Of a stretch of DNA of 64,000 bases, positions 27,660-37,404 are shown in pieces; position 1 is the stretch's first letter; every line of letters begins with the position of its first letter. The notes beneath the pieces were generated by a model. That model searched no databases. It was given only the letters and a program-made list of their open reading frames with translations, and had not been told where the DNA came from. The translations under genes were made by a program, and so were the position numbers. Source of the stretch: Allosphingosinicella sp. (GTDB lineage Bacteria; Pseudomonadota; Alphaproteobacteria; Sphingomonadales; Sphingomonadaceae); assembly GCA_036386795.1 (NCBI GenBank), contig DASVUZ010000062.1:23710-87709 (forward strand), read 5' to 3'.

Positions 27660-29488
27660 GCCGCGTCTCCATCGAGGGGCCGAACCGTCACGACACGCAT
27701 CATCCCGGCGTGCATGTGGAGCAGGAGGTGACAGTGGAACGCCCAGTCTCCGGGCGCATCGGCGGTCATGTCGAAGCTCAGCTTCGCCCCTGGCAGCACC
27801 ATCACCGTGTGCTTGATCGGCTTGGCATCCTGGCCATTCACGACCTCGAAGAAATGGCCGTGAATGTGCATCGGATGGGTCATCATCGAGTGGTTGATCA
27901 TCGTCACCCGGACCCGCTCGTTGCGCTCAAAGCGGATCGGCTCTGGATTCTCGCTGAACTTCTCACCGTCGATCGACCACATGAACCGCTCCATGTTGCC
28001 GGTCAGGTGGACCTCGACGGTCCGCGCGGGAACGCGGGTGTCGGTGCTGGGCGTCAGCGCCTGCAGATCGCGATAGGTCAGCACCTTGTGGCCGACATTA
28101 TCGAGGCCCAGGCCCGGATCGCCCGTGCGGTCCACCGGCGCCATCGCGATCGAGTCCACGCCCACCCCCACCTTGACGTGCGGAGGCACCTTCGACTTGT
28201 CGCGCATGTTCATGCCGCTCATGTCCATCGGGGCAGGCGAGGACCCCCCGCCGGCCGATGAGGCCGCGTGGCTGGAGTGATCCATCCCGGCCATTGCGCC
28301 GCCCGCAGCTGTACCCGCGCCGCCACCGTGGCCCATGGAACCGTGGTCCATGCCGCCCATACCCATGTCCTTCATGGTCAGGACCGGCCTCTGCCGGAGC
28401 GGGGGGATCGCCGCGCTCATGCCCATACGAGGCGCCAGCGTCGCCAGGCCCATGCCGGAGCGGTCCATCGCCTCGGCGACGAAGGTGTAAGCCTGGTCCC
28501 GAGGCTCGACGATCACGTCATAGGTCTCGGCATTGCCGATCTGGAGTTCATGGACATCGACCGGCACAACGTTCTGGCCGTCGGTGGCGACGACCTTCAT
28601 GTCCAAGCCCGGAATCCGGATATTGAAGATCGTCATCGCGGCGGCGTTGATGATCCGAAGCCGTACCCGCTCGCCGGGCCTGAACAGGCCGGTCCAGCTG
28701 TCGACAGGCCCATGGCCGTTGATGAGGTAGGTATAGGCCGCGGCGGTCACGTCGAGGATGTCGGCCGGATCCATCCGCATCTTGGCGAACATCTTCCGGT
28801 CGGCGGCCGGCATCTGCTGCTCGGGATCGCCGCTGAGGCGCCCCAGCAGGGTCATCTTCTGCCGGTTGAAGTAGCCGCCTTCCTTCTTGAGCTTGGTGAT
28901 GAGCTCGTGCGGGTGCCGGAAGGTCCAGTCGGAGAGCACGATCACATGCTCCCGGTCGTAGGCGACCGGGTCGGCACCGGCCGGATCGATTACGATCGGC
29001 CCGTAATGACCGAGCTGCTCCTGGAGCCCCGAATGGCTGTGATACCAGTAGGTGCCCGACTGCTTGATCGGAAACTCATAGACGAAGGTCGACTTCGCCT
29101 TGATCCCAGGGAAGCTCACCCCGGGCACGCCGTCCATCTGGAACGGCAGGATGAAGCCGTGCCAGTGGATCGAGGTGTCCTCGTCCAGCCGGTTGTTGAC
29201 CGTAATCCGGACGTTCTGCCCCTCGCGCAGCCGGAGCAACGGGCCCGGCACCGTGCCATTGATCATCACCGCATGGACGCTTCGACCGCGCACCTTGAAG
29301 GGGCTCTTGCCGATCTCGAGCGCGATGTCCTCGCCCGAAAGGGTCGGCAGTGTCGGCGCGAGGCCGCTCGTCCCGGTCTGAGCCCAGGCGGGGAACAGGC
29401 CCGGCATGCCGAGGCCAAAGGTGCCGAGGGCTCCGGCGCGGAGCAACGTCCGGCGGTCTACTGAAAACTGATCCATGATAATCCTCAC
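27656..29488 (-). CDS. copA: Multicopper oxidase, CopA/PcoA family (Tat-exported)
   Basis: Twin-Arg DRRTLL; HWHG, WYHSH, HPMHIHG, HCHLLLHM. Confidence 0.95.
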   Translation of the reverse strand: MRIIMDQFSVDRRTLLRAGALGTFGLGMPGLFPAWAQTGTSGLAPTLPTLSGEDIALEIGKSPFKVRGRSVHAVMINGTVPGPLLRLREGQNVRITVNNRLDEDTSIHWHGFILPFQMDGVPGVSFPGIKAKSTFVYEFPIKQSGTYWYHSHSGLQEQLGHYGPIVIDPAGADPVAYDREHVIVLSDWTFRHPHELITKLKKEGGYFNRQKMTLLGRLSGDPEQQMPAADRKMFAKMRMDPADILDVTAAAYTYLINGHGPVDSWTGLFRPGERVRLRIINAAAMTIFNIRIPGLDMKVVATDGQNVVPVDVHELQIGNAETYDVIVEPRDQAYTFVAEAMDRSGMGLATLAPRMGMSAAIPPLRQRPVLTMKDMGMGGMDHGSMGHGGGAGTAAGGAMAGMDHSSHAASSAGGGSSPAPMDMSGMNMRDKSKVPPHVKVGVGVDSIAMAPVDRTGDPGLGLDNVGHKVLTYRDLQALTPSTDTRVPARTVEVHLTGNMERFMWSIDGEKFSENPEPIRFERNERVRVTMINHSMMTHPMHIHGHFFEVVNGQDAKPIKHTVMVLPGAKLSFDMTADAPGDWAFHCHLLLHMHAGMMRVVTVRPLDGDAA

Positions 29489-29566
29489 TGGCGAGCGCCG
29501 TCGAAAGGCGCGCGCAGGCCATCAGCCGAGCACGAAGCGGCGGCTGCCGCCGCCTCGCGACTTCGG

Positions 29567-29800
29567 TTACTGCTGGGGCTTCTGGTGCTGCTGATGCTGG
29601 CCAATGTCGTGGCCGGCATGTTCGTCCTGACCAGCACCGGCTTTGCCGTGCTTGTCGCAGCAGTCCATCTTCATGCCCATCTTCTCGCAGCAGCACTCCA
29701 TCTTCTTCTCCGGCGCGGGGGCTGGAGCGGGAGCTGCCTGAGCATGGGCACCGGCGGGGAGAGCGATCGCAAAGGCGAGGGCGGTCAACATCTTCTTCAT
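29567..29800 (-). CDS. Small secreted Cys/Met/His-rich putative metal-binding protein
   Basis: Signal peptide; MECCCEKMGMKMDCCDKH, DEHAGHD; GGAG RBS. Confidence 0.75.
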   Translation of the reverse strand: MKKMLTALAFAIALPAGAHAQAAPAPAPAPEKKMECCCEKMGMKMDCCDKHGKAGAGQDEHAGHDIGQHQQHQKPQQ

Positions 29801-29830
29801 GAGGTCACTCCGGGAAAATCGAGAAAGGTC

Positions 29831-30304
29831 TCAGATCTTCAGGAGTCCTCGGGGAGGGGGCGTCGCTGCCTCTGGTACAAGGCCGTGGGGCACGGACACC
29901 AAAGCCGGCATCCGCTGGGGACCATGACTCAGAACCTGTGGTTCGAGCTGGCCGCCAACGGCCGGGATCGCGGGAACGGCGGCGCAGGCCTTGACGCAGT
30001 CGCTGTCGGGGGACCCGCAAGGCTGATCCATCGGCTGGTCGCCCATGTCCTTGCAAAGCTGCATAGCCGCCATCGAGGCATCGCCGGCCTCGTCGCCAGG
30101 CATCTCGTGACCCGCCATCCGATGGCCCTCGGCCGCCATCGCCGCATGATGCGCGGTCGCTGATGCGGGCGCGGCGACGAACGTGGTGAGCGGCGACAAA
30201 GCCAGCGCCAGGATGGTCAGAAACCGGATGAGACGCGTGAGGGACACGCGGCGCAGATAGGCCCACGGTCCGCCGGTTACAATGGTCCGGAATCGGATGT
30301 TCAT
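29831..30304 (-). CDS. CopL/DUF2946-like metal-binding protein
   Basis: ATGA overlap with the cueR stop; His/Met-rich, C..PC...DC..AC, C-terminal TPPPR. Alternative GTG start at 30247. Confidence 0.6.
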   Translation of the reverse strand: MNIRFRTIVTGGPWAYLRRVSLTRLIRFLTILALALSPLTTFVAAPASATAHHAAMAAEGHRMAGHEMPGDEAGDASMAAMQLCKDMGDQPMDQPCGSPDSDCVKACAAVPAIPAVGGQLEPQVLSHGPQRMPALVSVPHGLVPEAATPPPRGLLKI

Positions 30305-30696
30305 GACGCCTTCCCCTCGAGACCGCCCAGGATCGGGCAGTCGGGGCGATCGTCGCCGTGGCAATTGGCGGCAAGATGCTCGAGCGACTTCCTCATCGCA
30401 TCGAGCTCCTTCGCCTTGCGCTTCAGCTCCGCGGCCCGGGCCAAAGCCAGGGCCTTCACGTCGGCACTGGCGCGACCCCGGTCCTGCCAGAGCGCTAGCA
30501 GCTTGCCGATCTCCTCGATCGGAAAACCGAGGTCCCGGGCCCGCCGGATGAACAGCAGCGTGTTGACGTCGCGCTCGTCGTAATCCCGATAGCCCGAGTC
30601 CCGCCGCGCCGCTTTCGGCATCAGCCCGATCTTCTCGTAGTGACGGATCATCCGCTCGCTGACGCCGCTCTCTGTCGAAGCCTGCCCGATCTTCAT
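30301..30696 (-). CDS. cueR: Cu(I)-responsive MerR-family regulator
   Basis: MKIG..S...[21 protein letters not shown], metal loop [10 protein letters not shown]. Confidence 0.93.
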   Translation of the reverse strand: MKIGQASTESGVSERMIRHYEKIGLMPKAARRDSGYRDYDERDVNTLLFIRRARDLGFPIEEIGKLLALWQDRGRASADVKALALARAAELKRKAKELDAMRKSLEHLAANCHGDDRPDCPILGGLEGKAS

Positions 30697-33050
30697 AACC
30701 GCACCCCTCTCAGCCGGAGCGAGTTGCCGATCACCGCCACCGAGCTCAATGCCATCGCCGCGCCGGCGATCATGGGGCTCAGCAGGAGCCCGAAGAGCGG
30801 GTAGAAGACCCCCGCCGCGATCGGCACGCCAGCCCCGTTGAAGACGAACGAGAAGAACAGGTTCTGGCGGATGTTGCTCATCACCGCCCGGCTGAGGCGC
30901 CGTGCCCGGACGATGCCGCCGAGGTCGCCCTTCACCAGAGTGACCGCCGCGCTCTCCATGGCCACGTCCGTCCCGGTCCCCATCGCGATGCCGACATCGG
31001 CGGCCGCGAGTGCCGGGGCGTCGTTGATCCCGTCGCCAGCCATAGCGACACGGCGGCCAGCGGCTCTCAGGCGCTCGACCACGGCCTGCTTCTGGTCCGG
31101 CAGCACGTCGGCGATGACCTCGTCGATCCCGCCCACCTGGCGAGCCACCGCATCGGCGGTGCGCTGGTTGTCGCCGGTCAGCATCACGACCCGGACGCCG
31201 TCGCGGCGAAGCTCGGCGATGGCCTGCGCGGCGCTCTCCTTGACGGGATCCGCCACGGCAATGAGGCCTGTAAGCTTGCCGTCGACCGCCACGAACATGA
31301 CGCCCTGGCCTTCCGAACGGAGCTCGTCTGCACGGGTCATGAGCGGAGAGGGATCGACGCCCAGATCGGCGAGCAGGACCTTGTTGCCCAAAGCCACGCT
31401 CCGGCCCTCGACAGTGCCGCTCACGCCCTTGCCCGTGTGCGACGCAAAGTCCGTCGCCGCGGTCAGGGTGAGGCCGCGCTCCTCGGCGCCCTCGACGATC
31501 GCCGCGGCAAGCGGGTGCTCGCTGGCGCGCTCCAGAGCGGCCGCCAGACGAAGCACTTCCGCCTCGTCGGCGCCTTCGGCCGGGACCACTCCGGTCAGCT
31601 TCGGCTTACCGAGAGTCAGCGTCCCGGTCTTGTCGACCACCAGGGTGTCGATCCGCTCCATCAGCTCGAGTGCCTCGGCATTCTTGACCAGGACCCCGGC
31701 GCCGGCGCCGCGACCGGTCCCCACCATGATCGACATCGGAGTGGCGAGCCCGAGGGCACAGGGACAGGCGATGATCAGCACGGCCACCGCATTGACGAGG
31801 GCATAGCTCAACGCCGGCTCCGGCCCGAACAGGGCCCAGACACCGAAGGACAGTACCGCAATCATCACCACCGCCGGCACGAACCAAGCCGAGACCTGGT
31901 CGGCGAGCTTCTGGATCGGGGCACGCGAGCGCTGCGCCTCGGCGACCATCCGCACGATCTGCGAAAGCATCGTGTCCTGGCCGACGCGTTCGGCGCGCAT
32001 CAGGAGGCCGCCGGTGCCGTTGACGGTGGCGCCGGTGACCTTCTCGCCGGGCACCTTCTCTACGGGAACAGGCTCGCCGCTGATCATGGATTCGTCGACC
32101 GAAGAGCGGCCTTCGACCACCTCGCCGTCGACCGGCACCTTCTCGCCAGGGCGCACGCGGAGCAGATCGCCAACATGGACGTGGCCCAGGTCGATGTCTT
32201 CCTCGCGGCCATCCGCCCGGACTACCCGGGCAGTCTTCGGCGCGAGCCCGAGCAGGGCGCGGATCGCCTTTCCTGTAGCAGACCGGGCACGGAGCTCGAG
32301 CACCTGGCCGAGCAGGACCAACGTAGTGATCACAGCCGCCGCCTCGAAATAGACCGGCACCATCCCGCCCATCGTGTGGAAGGAGGGCGGGAACAGGTTC
32401 GGCGCCAGCGTCGCGACCAGGCTGTAGGAATAGGCGACGCCGACCCCGAGACTGATCAGAGTGAACATGTTGAGGTTGCGGCTCTTCAGCGACGCCCAGC
32501 CGCGCTCGAAAAACGGCCAGCCTCCCCAGAGCACCACCGGAGTGGCGAGGGCGAGCTGCACCCACACCGAGGTCCGCATCGGCAGCCAGTGCCAGCCGAG
32601 CAGCTCCGAGCCCATCGCGAGGACGAAGAGAGGCAGCGATAGCGCCGCGCTCACCCAGAAGCGGCGGCTCATGTCGATCAGCTCAGGGTTCGGCCCCTCG
32701 TCGAGAGTCGGCATCTCCAGCTCGAGCGCCATTCCGCAGATCGGGCAGCTGCCCGGTCCCACCTGGCGGATCTCGGGATGCATCGGACAGGTCCAGATCG
32801 CGCCCTCAGGCACATCCGCCACCGCCGTCGCCTCAGCCTTCGGATGCAGGTAGCGATCCGGATCGGCGACGAACTTGCCGCGGCAGCCCGCGCTGCAGAA
32901 ATGATAGGTCGTGCCGCCGACCTCGTGGTGATGCGGGGTCGTCCCCGGATCGACGGTCATCCCACAGACGGGATCCTTCGCCTTGGCCGACGGGGCGGCC
33001 TCGGCTTGATCGTGATGGCAATGTCCGGCGTGCTTATGATGAGCGTCCAC
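30693..33050 (-). CDS. Copper-translocating P1B-type ATPase with YHS and CPMHP metal-binding domains
   Basis: [51 protein letters not shown]. Confidence 0.95.
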   Translation of the reverse strand: MDAHHKHAGHCHHDQAEAAPSAKAKDPVCGMTVDPGTTPHHHEVGGTTYHFCSAGCRGKFVADPDRYLHPKAEATAVADVPEGAIWTCPMHPEIRQVGPGSCPICGMALELEMPTLDEGPNPELIDMSRRFWVSAALSLPLFVLAMGSELLGWHWLPMRTSVWVQLALATPVVLWGGWPFFERGWASLKSRNLNMFTLISLGVGVAYSYSLVATLAPNLFPPSFHTMGGMVPVYFEAAAVITTLVLLGQVLELRARSATGKAIRALLGLAPKTARVVRADGREEDIDLGHVHVGDLLRVRPGEKVPVDGEVVEGRSSVDESMISGEPVPVEKVPGEKVTGATVNGTGGLLMRAERVGQDTMLSQIVRMVAEAQRSRAPIQKLADQVSAWFVPAVVMIAVLSFGVWALFGPEPALSYALVNAVAVLIIACPCALGLATPMSIMVGTGRGAGAGVLVKNAEALELMERIDTLVVDKTGTLTLGKPKLTGVVPAEGADEAEVLRLAAALERASEHPLAAAIVEGAEERGLTLTAATDFASHTGKGVSGTVEGRSVALGNKVLLADLGVDPSPLMTRADELRSEGQGVMFVAVDGKLTGLIAVADPVKESAAQAIAELRRDGVRVVMLTGDNQRTADAVARQVGGIDEVIADVLPDQKQAVVERLRAAGRRVAMAGDGINDAPALAAADVGIAMGTGTDVAMESAAVTLVKGDLGGIVRARRLSRAVMSNIRQNLFFSFVFNGAGVPIAAGVFYPLFGLLLSPMIAGAAMALSSVAVIGNSLRLRGVRL

Positions 33051-33101
33051 GAGACTAGTCCTCTCGAGTCAAATCGCCGGTGATTCGGCCTGTGGACCCT
33101 C

Positions 33102-33132
33102 ACATGGTGTCTGACACAGTGTCAGAGTCAAG
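33102..33132 (-). promoter_or_regulatory. MerR/CueR-type promoter and operator for the ATPase-cueR operon
   Basis: On -: CTTGAC-N19-CCATGT with the dyad TCTGACAC-T-GTGTCAGA (33110-33126) filling the spacer. Confidence 0.75.
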
Positions 33133-33271
33133 CGCGCTCGCTGATAGCGTGGCGTCAGTTTGAAATTTGCCGCTCGAGCGCGCGGTCCGACAGTTGCGCG
33201 CCCGAAAAGGCTGAGCCGTCCCTCGGGCTCGGGGGCCTTACAAGAAGCCCGCTGGCTGATATGCTGTTCCC

Positions 33272-33631
33272 ATGGGACGCCGCTTGGAGGCCTGGAGGAA
33301 GGAAACCAAAGAAGGCTATGCCGGCCTCGCCTGGTTCGTATTCTTCGCCATGGTCCTCGCGGGGCCAGGGTTGCTCGCCTACCAGGCTTACCGTTGGCTG
33401 AGGTGGGGAGCCTGGCACACTATCAGCGTCCGCGACTGGTTGGAGTGGGCCAGCTTCGGCACCCCCCGAGTAGGCTGGGTCGGCGTTCAGCGCATAATCG
33501 ATTTCCTGCTGTCGCTTCCTTTATGGCTGGTCACGCCAGCTGTTGGCATCCTGCTGCTCTGGTTGTTCTTTTGGGGGCCCGAGGATCGTCGCCGGGAAAG
33601 AGAGCGCGCCGCGACATTTTCAAACTCATGA
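33272..33631 (+). CDS. Hypothetical two-TM membrane protein
   Basis: 119 aa, Trp-rich, two hydrophobic helices. Confidence 0.55.
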   Translation: MGRRLEAWRKETKEGYAGLAWFVFFAMVLAGPGLLAYQAYRWLRWGAWHTISVRDWLEWASFGTPRVGWVGVQRIIDFLLSLPLWLVTPAVGILLLWLFFWGPEDRRRERERAATFSNS

Positions 33632-33746
33632 CTCGAGCACCATCTCAGCGCTCCGTTTCTAGAGCCCAAGCCGCGGCCCTAACAAAGCGGGTATTGCCGA
33701 CCGTTCCTTGCTGCCATCCCAGACGCTAGCCGCGGTGCAGCTCAGA

Positions 33747-34268
33747 TCATTCAGCTCGCAGGAAGGCAGCGAAGAGTTCGTCGGCCTTCGCCCGTCCCTG
33801 CGCCAGCTCGGCCTCGTCCCTATAGGGTCGGACGAGGGTCGGCATAGGCCCCCCATGAGTCAGCCTCAGGGATACCACCTCCACGCCAGTGGCGATCAGC
33901 CACCAGCTTCCGCCGCCCGGCGTGAAGAGTTGAAAGCCGCTCAGGACGACAATCCCGACGTCCCACAAATAGGTGTCGACGGTCAGTCCGTTGCGGCCTT
34001 CCCCCTCCGAAAGGCATCCGACCATTAACGTCACCTGCCGTCGTCGCGCCCAAGCCATCATTTCTTCTTGGGGCGGGGCGGCGCCGACGACGATACCGAG
34101 GTCGACGTTCGGAACGGGAAAGTGCCGGAGCTCGGGGATAGGCGGCTCCTGCTCGCTCAGACTATCGCCGATTCGGGCCGACATCCTTGCAGCCAGGAAG
34201 AGTTGGGCTCGCCGGCCTCGGCGATGGTCCGCAGGAGATGGCGTGGTCGGATGAGTGGCAGAGCTCAT
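33747..34268 (-). CDS. Hypothetical protein
   Basis: Protein-like composition in the C-terminal ~145 aa; start uncertain. Confidence 0.4.
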   Translation of the reverse strand: MSSATHPTTPSPADHRRGRRAQLFLAARMSARIGDSLSEQEPPIPELRHFPVPNVDLGIVVGAAPPQEEMMAWARRRQVTLMVGCLSEGEGRNGLTVDTYLWDVGIVVLSGFQLFTPGGGSWWLIATGVEVVSLRLTHGGPMPTLVRPYRDEAELAQGRAKADELFAAFLRAE

Positions 34269-34357
34269 GAAGCGCCTTTGGCTTAACGGGTGGGCAGGCG
34301 AGTTTGTGGGACCGGCTCAGCGCGGAGCCGGTTCTCCGATCGCCTCTTCCGGGATGC

Positions 34358-34687
34358 TTAGCGATTGTCCCCGAGGACGATCGTGGCCAGGAACCTCCGC
34401 ATCTCTGCGCAGACGGCGTTAGTGCGGCCGATGATGTGGCAGTCGCCTTCGCGCATCATCCAGACGCGGCCGTGCTCGTCGACCTCGAACTCGAGCTCGA
34501 CGTCCGTGCGAAGCTGAGCTTCGCTGAGCCCCGCGGCGGGTCCCTCGGCAATGGCGTCGGCCGCCATCGATGCATAGGCCGCCGCCTTGTACAGCTTCGC
34601 TTCGTCCAGCTCGGCTGCAAGCCGTGTCGCGGCATTGCTCAGGCGCAGAGTCGGCAGAGGATAGGTAAGATCCGGTTCGTCGGTCAC
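34358..34687 (-). CDS. Hypothetical protein
   Basis: 109 aa, globular-looking composition. Confidence 0.5.
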   Translation of the reverse strand: MTDEPDLTYPLPTLRLSNAATRLAAELDEAKLYKAAAYASMAADAIAEGPAAGLSEAQLRTDVELEFEVDEHGRVWMMREGDCHIIGRTNAVCAEMRRFLATIVLGDNR

Positions 34688-35142
34688 AGCCCGTCCTGAA
34701 GGTCAGGTGTGTCTTAGCGGGCGAGCTGAACGAAGCGGCGAGGCGCGCAACCGGCTGCCGGAAGGCACTGGCCGAAACGCCTGCCGGCGCGTGCTCGAGA
34801 TGGTGGGGAGATCTCGCATCGGGTCATTCTCCACGATCGGGGAGAAGCCCGCCCCCGGGCATCGCCTCCGAGTTGCGAGGCGATGCCGGCCGGAACCGGA
34901 CGTTGATAACCTGCGAGTAACAGGCGCGGACACCTTTGGTCGGGCGGCCGTAGCCACGACGACTTGGACATAGCGCCGCCATCCGGTCGACCAGCGGTCG
35001 AATACCGGTTCTACTCGCGAGGTTATCAAGCCTCGACCCACCAAAAGCGGTGGGCCGCGCAAGTTAGTCACGCGAAACTGTAAAAATCAAGCATTGATTC
35101 ACCGGTTTCCGTAGAATCTCGTCATCGCCGGCCCGCGATCGC

Positions 35143-36042
35143 TTAGTCGGGCTGCGCAAGCCTCTCCCGGCAGACGCGCTCCACGATCTGCTGAAGCCCG
35201 GTCACCCGTTCGGTGAGCCAGTTCAGCTCTTCGTCGTAGATCTTGTAGTGCGGCGAATAGCGGGCGTTGACGTAGGCCTGGCGCAGCAACTCGAAAGCGC
35301 GCCGCTCGAATTTGCCCTCTCGAGGCCACGCCTCGATCAGAGCCGGGGCGATCTGCTCGGCCTGGGACCTCAGGAAATTTAGCTTGTGGGACTTCGGGCT
35401 GTAGAGCGTCAGCACCAGCAGTACGCAGTGATAGAAGCGCTCTGCGGCCTGGTGCAGCTCAAAGGCGGCCTTGTTCGACCAGCCCCGACCGGCGGCATCC
35501 TGGCCGTGGACCAGAAACTGGCCCGCGCTCGGGAACCACTCGTTGAAGTAAGCCGCGGCCTCTGCCCGCTGCTGCTCCGGCGGCAGCCTCCGAGGTGTCG
35601 CGAACGGAAACCCTTCGGCCTCATAAAGCGCCACCCCGTGCTCGGCGATGTCGACGAAGAAGGGGCGCCCGCGCTCGAGCTGGCTGTTCACGTCGCTGAG
35701 CGAGTGGACGATGAAGTTGACCGGCGCGCTGAGGGTCTTCGCGATCGAAGTCTCTCGAAGCAGCCTGTCGTCGGCTACCGACCAGAAATCCACCACGTCG
35801 GTCAGCCGCTCGTCGCTGACGACCACGAGGATGTCGTAGTCGGACCGATAGCCGCCAACGGGATCGTCTACCCACCCGCCGCGGGCGTAGGAGCCGTAGA
35901 GCACCACCTTGAGAATGCGGCCGCCCTTCTTCCACCCCTGGGTCGCCCGAGCGGTCACTGACTCGAACTCCTCGAAGAGAATGCGCACGACAAGTGCGAG
36001 CTCGCGCTGCTTCGTCGAAGGAAGGTCAAGGTCGGTTCGCAT
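35143..36042 (-). CDS. Fused nucleotidyltransferase (MNT)-HEPN protein
   Basis: LYGSYARG..SDYDIL (MNT); AAFELHQAAER, AYVNARY (HEPN). Confidence 0.9.
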   Translation of the reverse strand: MRTDLDLPSTKQRELALVVRILFEEFESVTARATQGWKKGGRILKVVLYGSYARGGWVDDPVGGYRSDYDILVVVSDERLTDVVDFWSVADDRLLRETSIAKTLSAPVNFIVHSLSDVNSQLERGRPFFVDIAEHGVALYEAEGFPFATPRRLPPEQQRAEAAAYFNEWFPSAGQFLVHGQDAAGRGWSNKAAFELHQAAERFYHCVLLVLTLYSPKSHKLNFLRSQAEQIAPALIEAWPREGKFERRAFELLRQAYVNARYSPHYKIYDEELNWLTERVTGLQQIVERVCRERLAQPD

Positions 36043-36170
36043 CTAGCCCCTGTTGACCGGATTACCGGTAGCACCTGACGTTCGTCCTAGCGCCGATTGT
36101 CCTCGACCGCCACGTCCGCCCGCAGCATCGTCTTAGAGGACCACTACGGGCCTCTCCTCAGTGGCCGGGG

Positions 36171-37235
36171 CTATTGTCTTTCGATGCTGGCCAACCAGTC
36201 CATCAGGATCTGCGGCAATGCGAGCCGACCCCCCGCCACGCGCTCGCGATCCTCCTCCCAAGGGAAGTCGGTGATAGGAATGCCGCGGTCGCCCAGTTCC
36301 TGCATGAAGTCCCCGAACCGGCGTATAGCTGCCATCCACTGATCTTGGGGTATCTTGACGGGCGGGTCCTTCAGTCCACCTATGGCGCATAGGAGCGCGG
36401 TCTCGTCGAAACGGTCCCTGAGCTGCTCCCTAGTGAGGCTACGCAGATAAGGGTTGCGGCTGTACTCTGTGCGCCAGCGCTCCGAGCGAGGCGCGATTTC
36501 GGGGATATGGTCGATCGTCACAAACTCATCGACTGAACCGATTGGCTCTTGGTCGTACCCGTTTTCGCTTCCCCACCGGTGGGCGACCAGGTCCAGCACA
36601 TCGCCCTTCCACGGGTGGTCGTAACAGCCGGGACCTTCGATGGTGACAATGGGATAGGTCAGCTTGTTGTTCTTCACCGTGGCATGGCGCTGGGTGAGGT
36701 ACAGGATGCCATCCACATGCCCGTAAAGCGGCCCATCCCCGTCCGTGCGCCGCACGGCGTGCCAGAGGATGTACGAGACGGTATGAGGGTCGTAGATCTC
36801 GTGATCCTCATTCACGAGCACCAGCAGTCGCACCATGTTTTGCCGCGGAAAGGAAGCCTCATGCGCCCGGAGTTGGCGGTTGGCCTTTTTGAGGTGATTG
36901 ATGATTGCTCGCCCGACACGGTCAATCATGCGACGCCTCACGCCGTCAGGGTCGTCCAGGTTCTTGATGAAGGACTCCATCGGGGCGGAACCGAGAAAAA
37001 TCGGCCAATCCTCTCGCTGCCGTAGCTCGTCAGTGAGGTTGTCGATCCGTTCGGTCGCCGGCTCCTCCAGCGTCTTGAGCTCGACCGCCAAAAGGCCTCG
37101 AAGGCAGGCGTAATCGATCCGTGTGGCCTCAGGGGAATGAGTATCGTCGAGCGAGACTCCGCCAAGCGTCGCCGTCAGATACTCTACCACCCGTGGCGTA
37201 AGGGGCCCGATCTTTCCAGTTCGCTCGATCCGCAT
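36171..37235 (-). CDS. Hypothetical protein with a PD-(D/E)xK-like motif
   Basis: 354 aa; RIDYACLRGLLAVELKTL fits D-x(n)-ExK. Confidence 0.55.
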   Translation of the reverse strand: MRIERTGKIGPLTPRVVEYLTATLGGVSLDDTHSPEATRIDYACLRGLLAVELKTLEEPATERIDNLTDELRQREDWPIFLGSAPMESFIKNLDDPDGVRRRMIDRVGRAIINHLKKANRQLRAHEASFPRQNMVRLLVLVNEDHEIYDPHTVSYILWHAVRRTDGDGPLYGHVDGILYLTQRHATVKNNKLTYPIVTIEGPGCYDHPWKGDVLDLVAHRWGSENGYDQEPIGSVDEFVTIDHIPEIAPRSERWRTEYSRNPYLRSLTREQLRDRFDETALLCAIGGLKDPPVKIPQDQWMAAIRRFGDFMQELGDRGIPITDFPWEEDRERVAGGRLALPQILMDWLASIERQ

Positions 37236-37404
37236 GGCTCACAGGTAGGAGTGTCGCCCTGCGTGGGGAAGTCGACGATCCGGGTGGAGATGCACTCTAA
37301 AGGCTCGGTAAGATTTGCAGATCACCGATGGGCCGGACGCCCCCGGGCGCCTGGAAGGCCCTTAGGTCGCAAAGGCCTTGTGATGCCACGCGCCGCCAAT
37401 GCGC

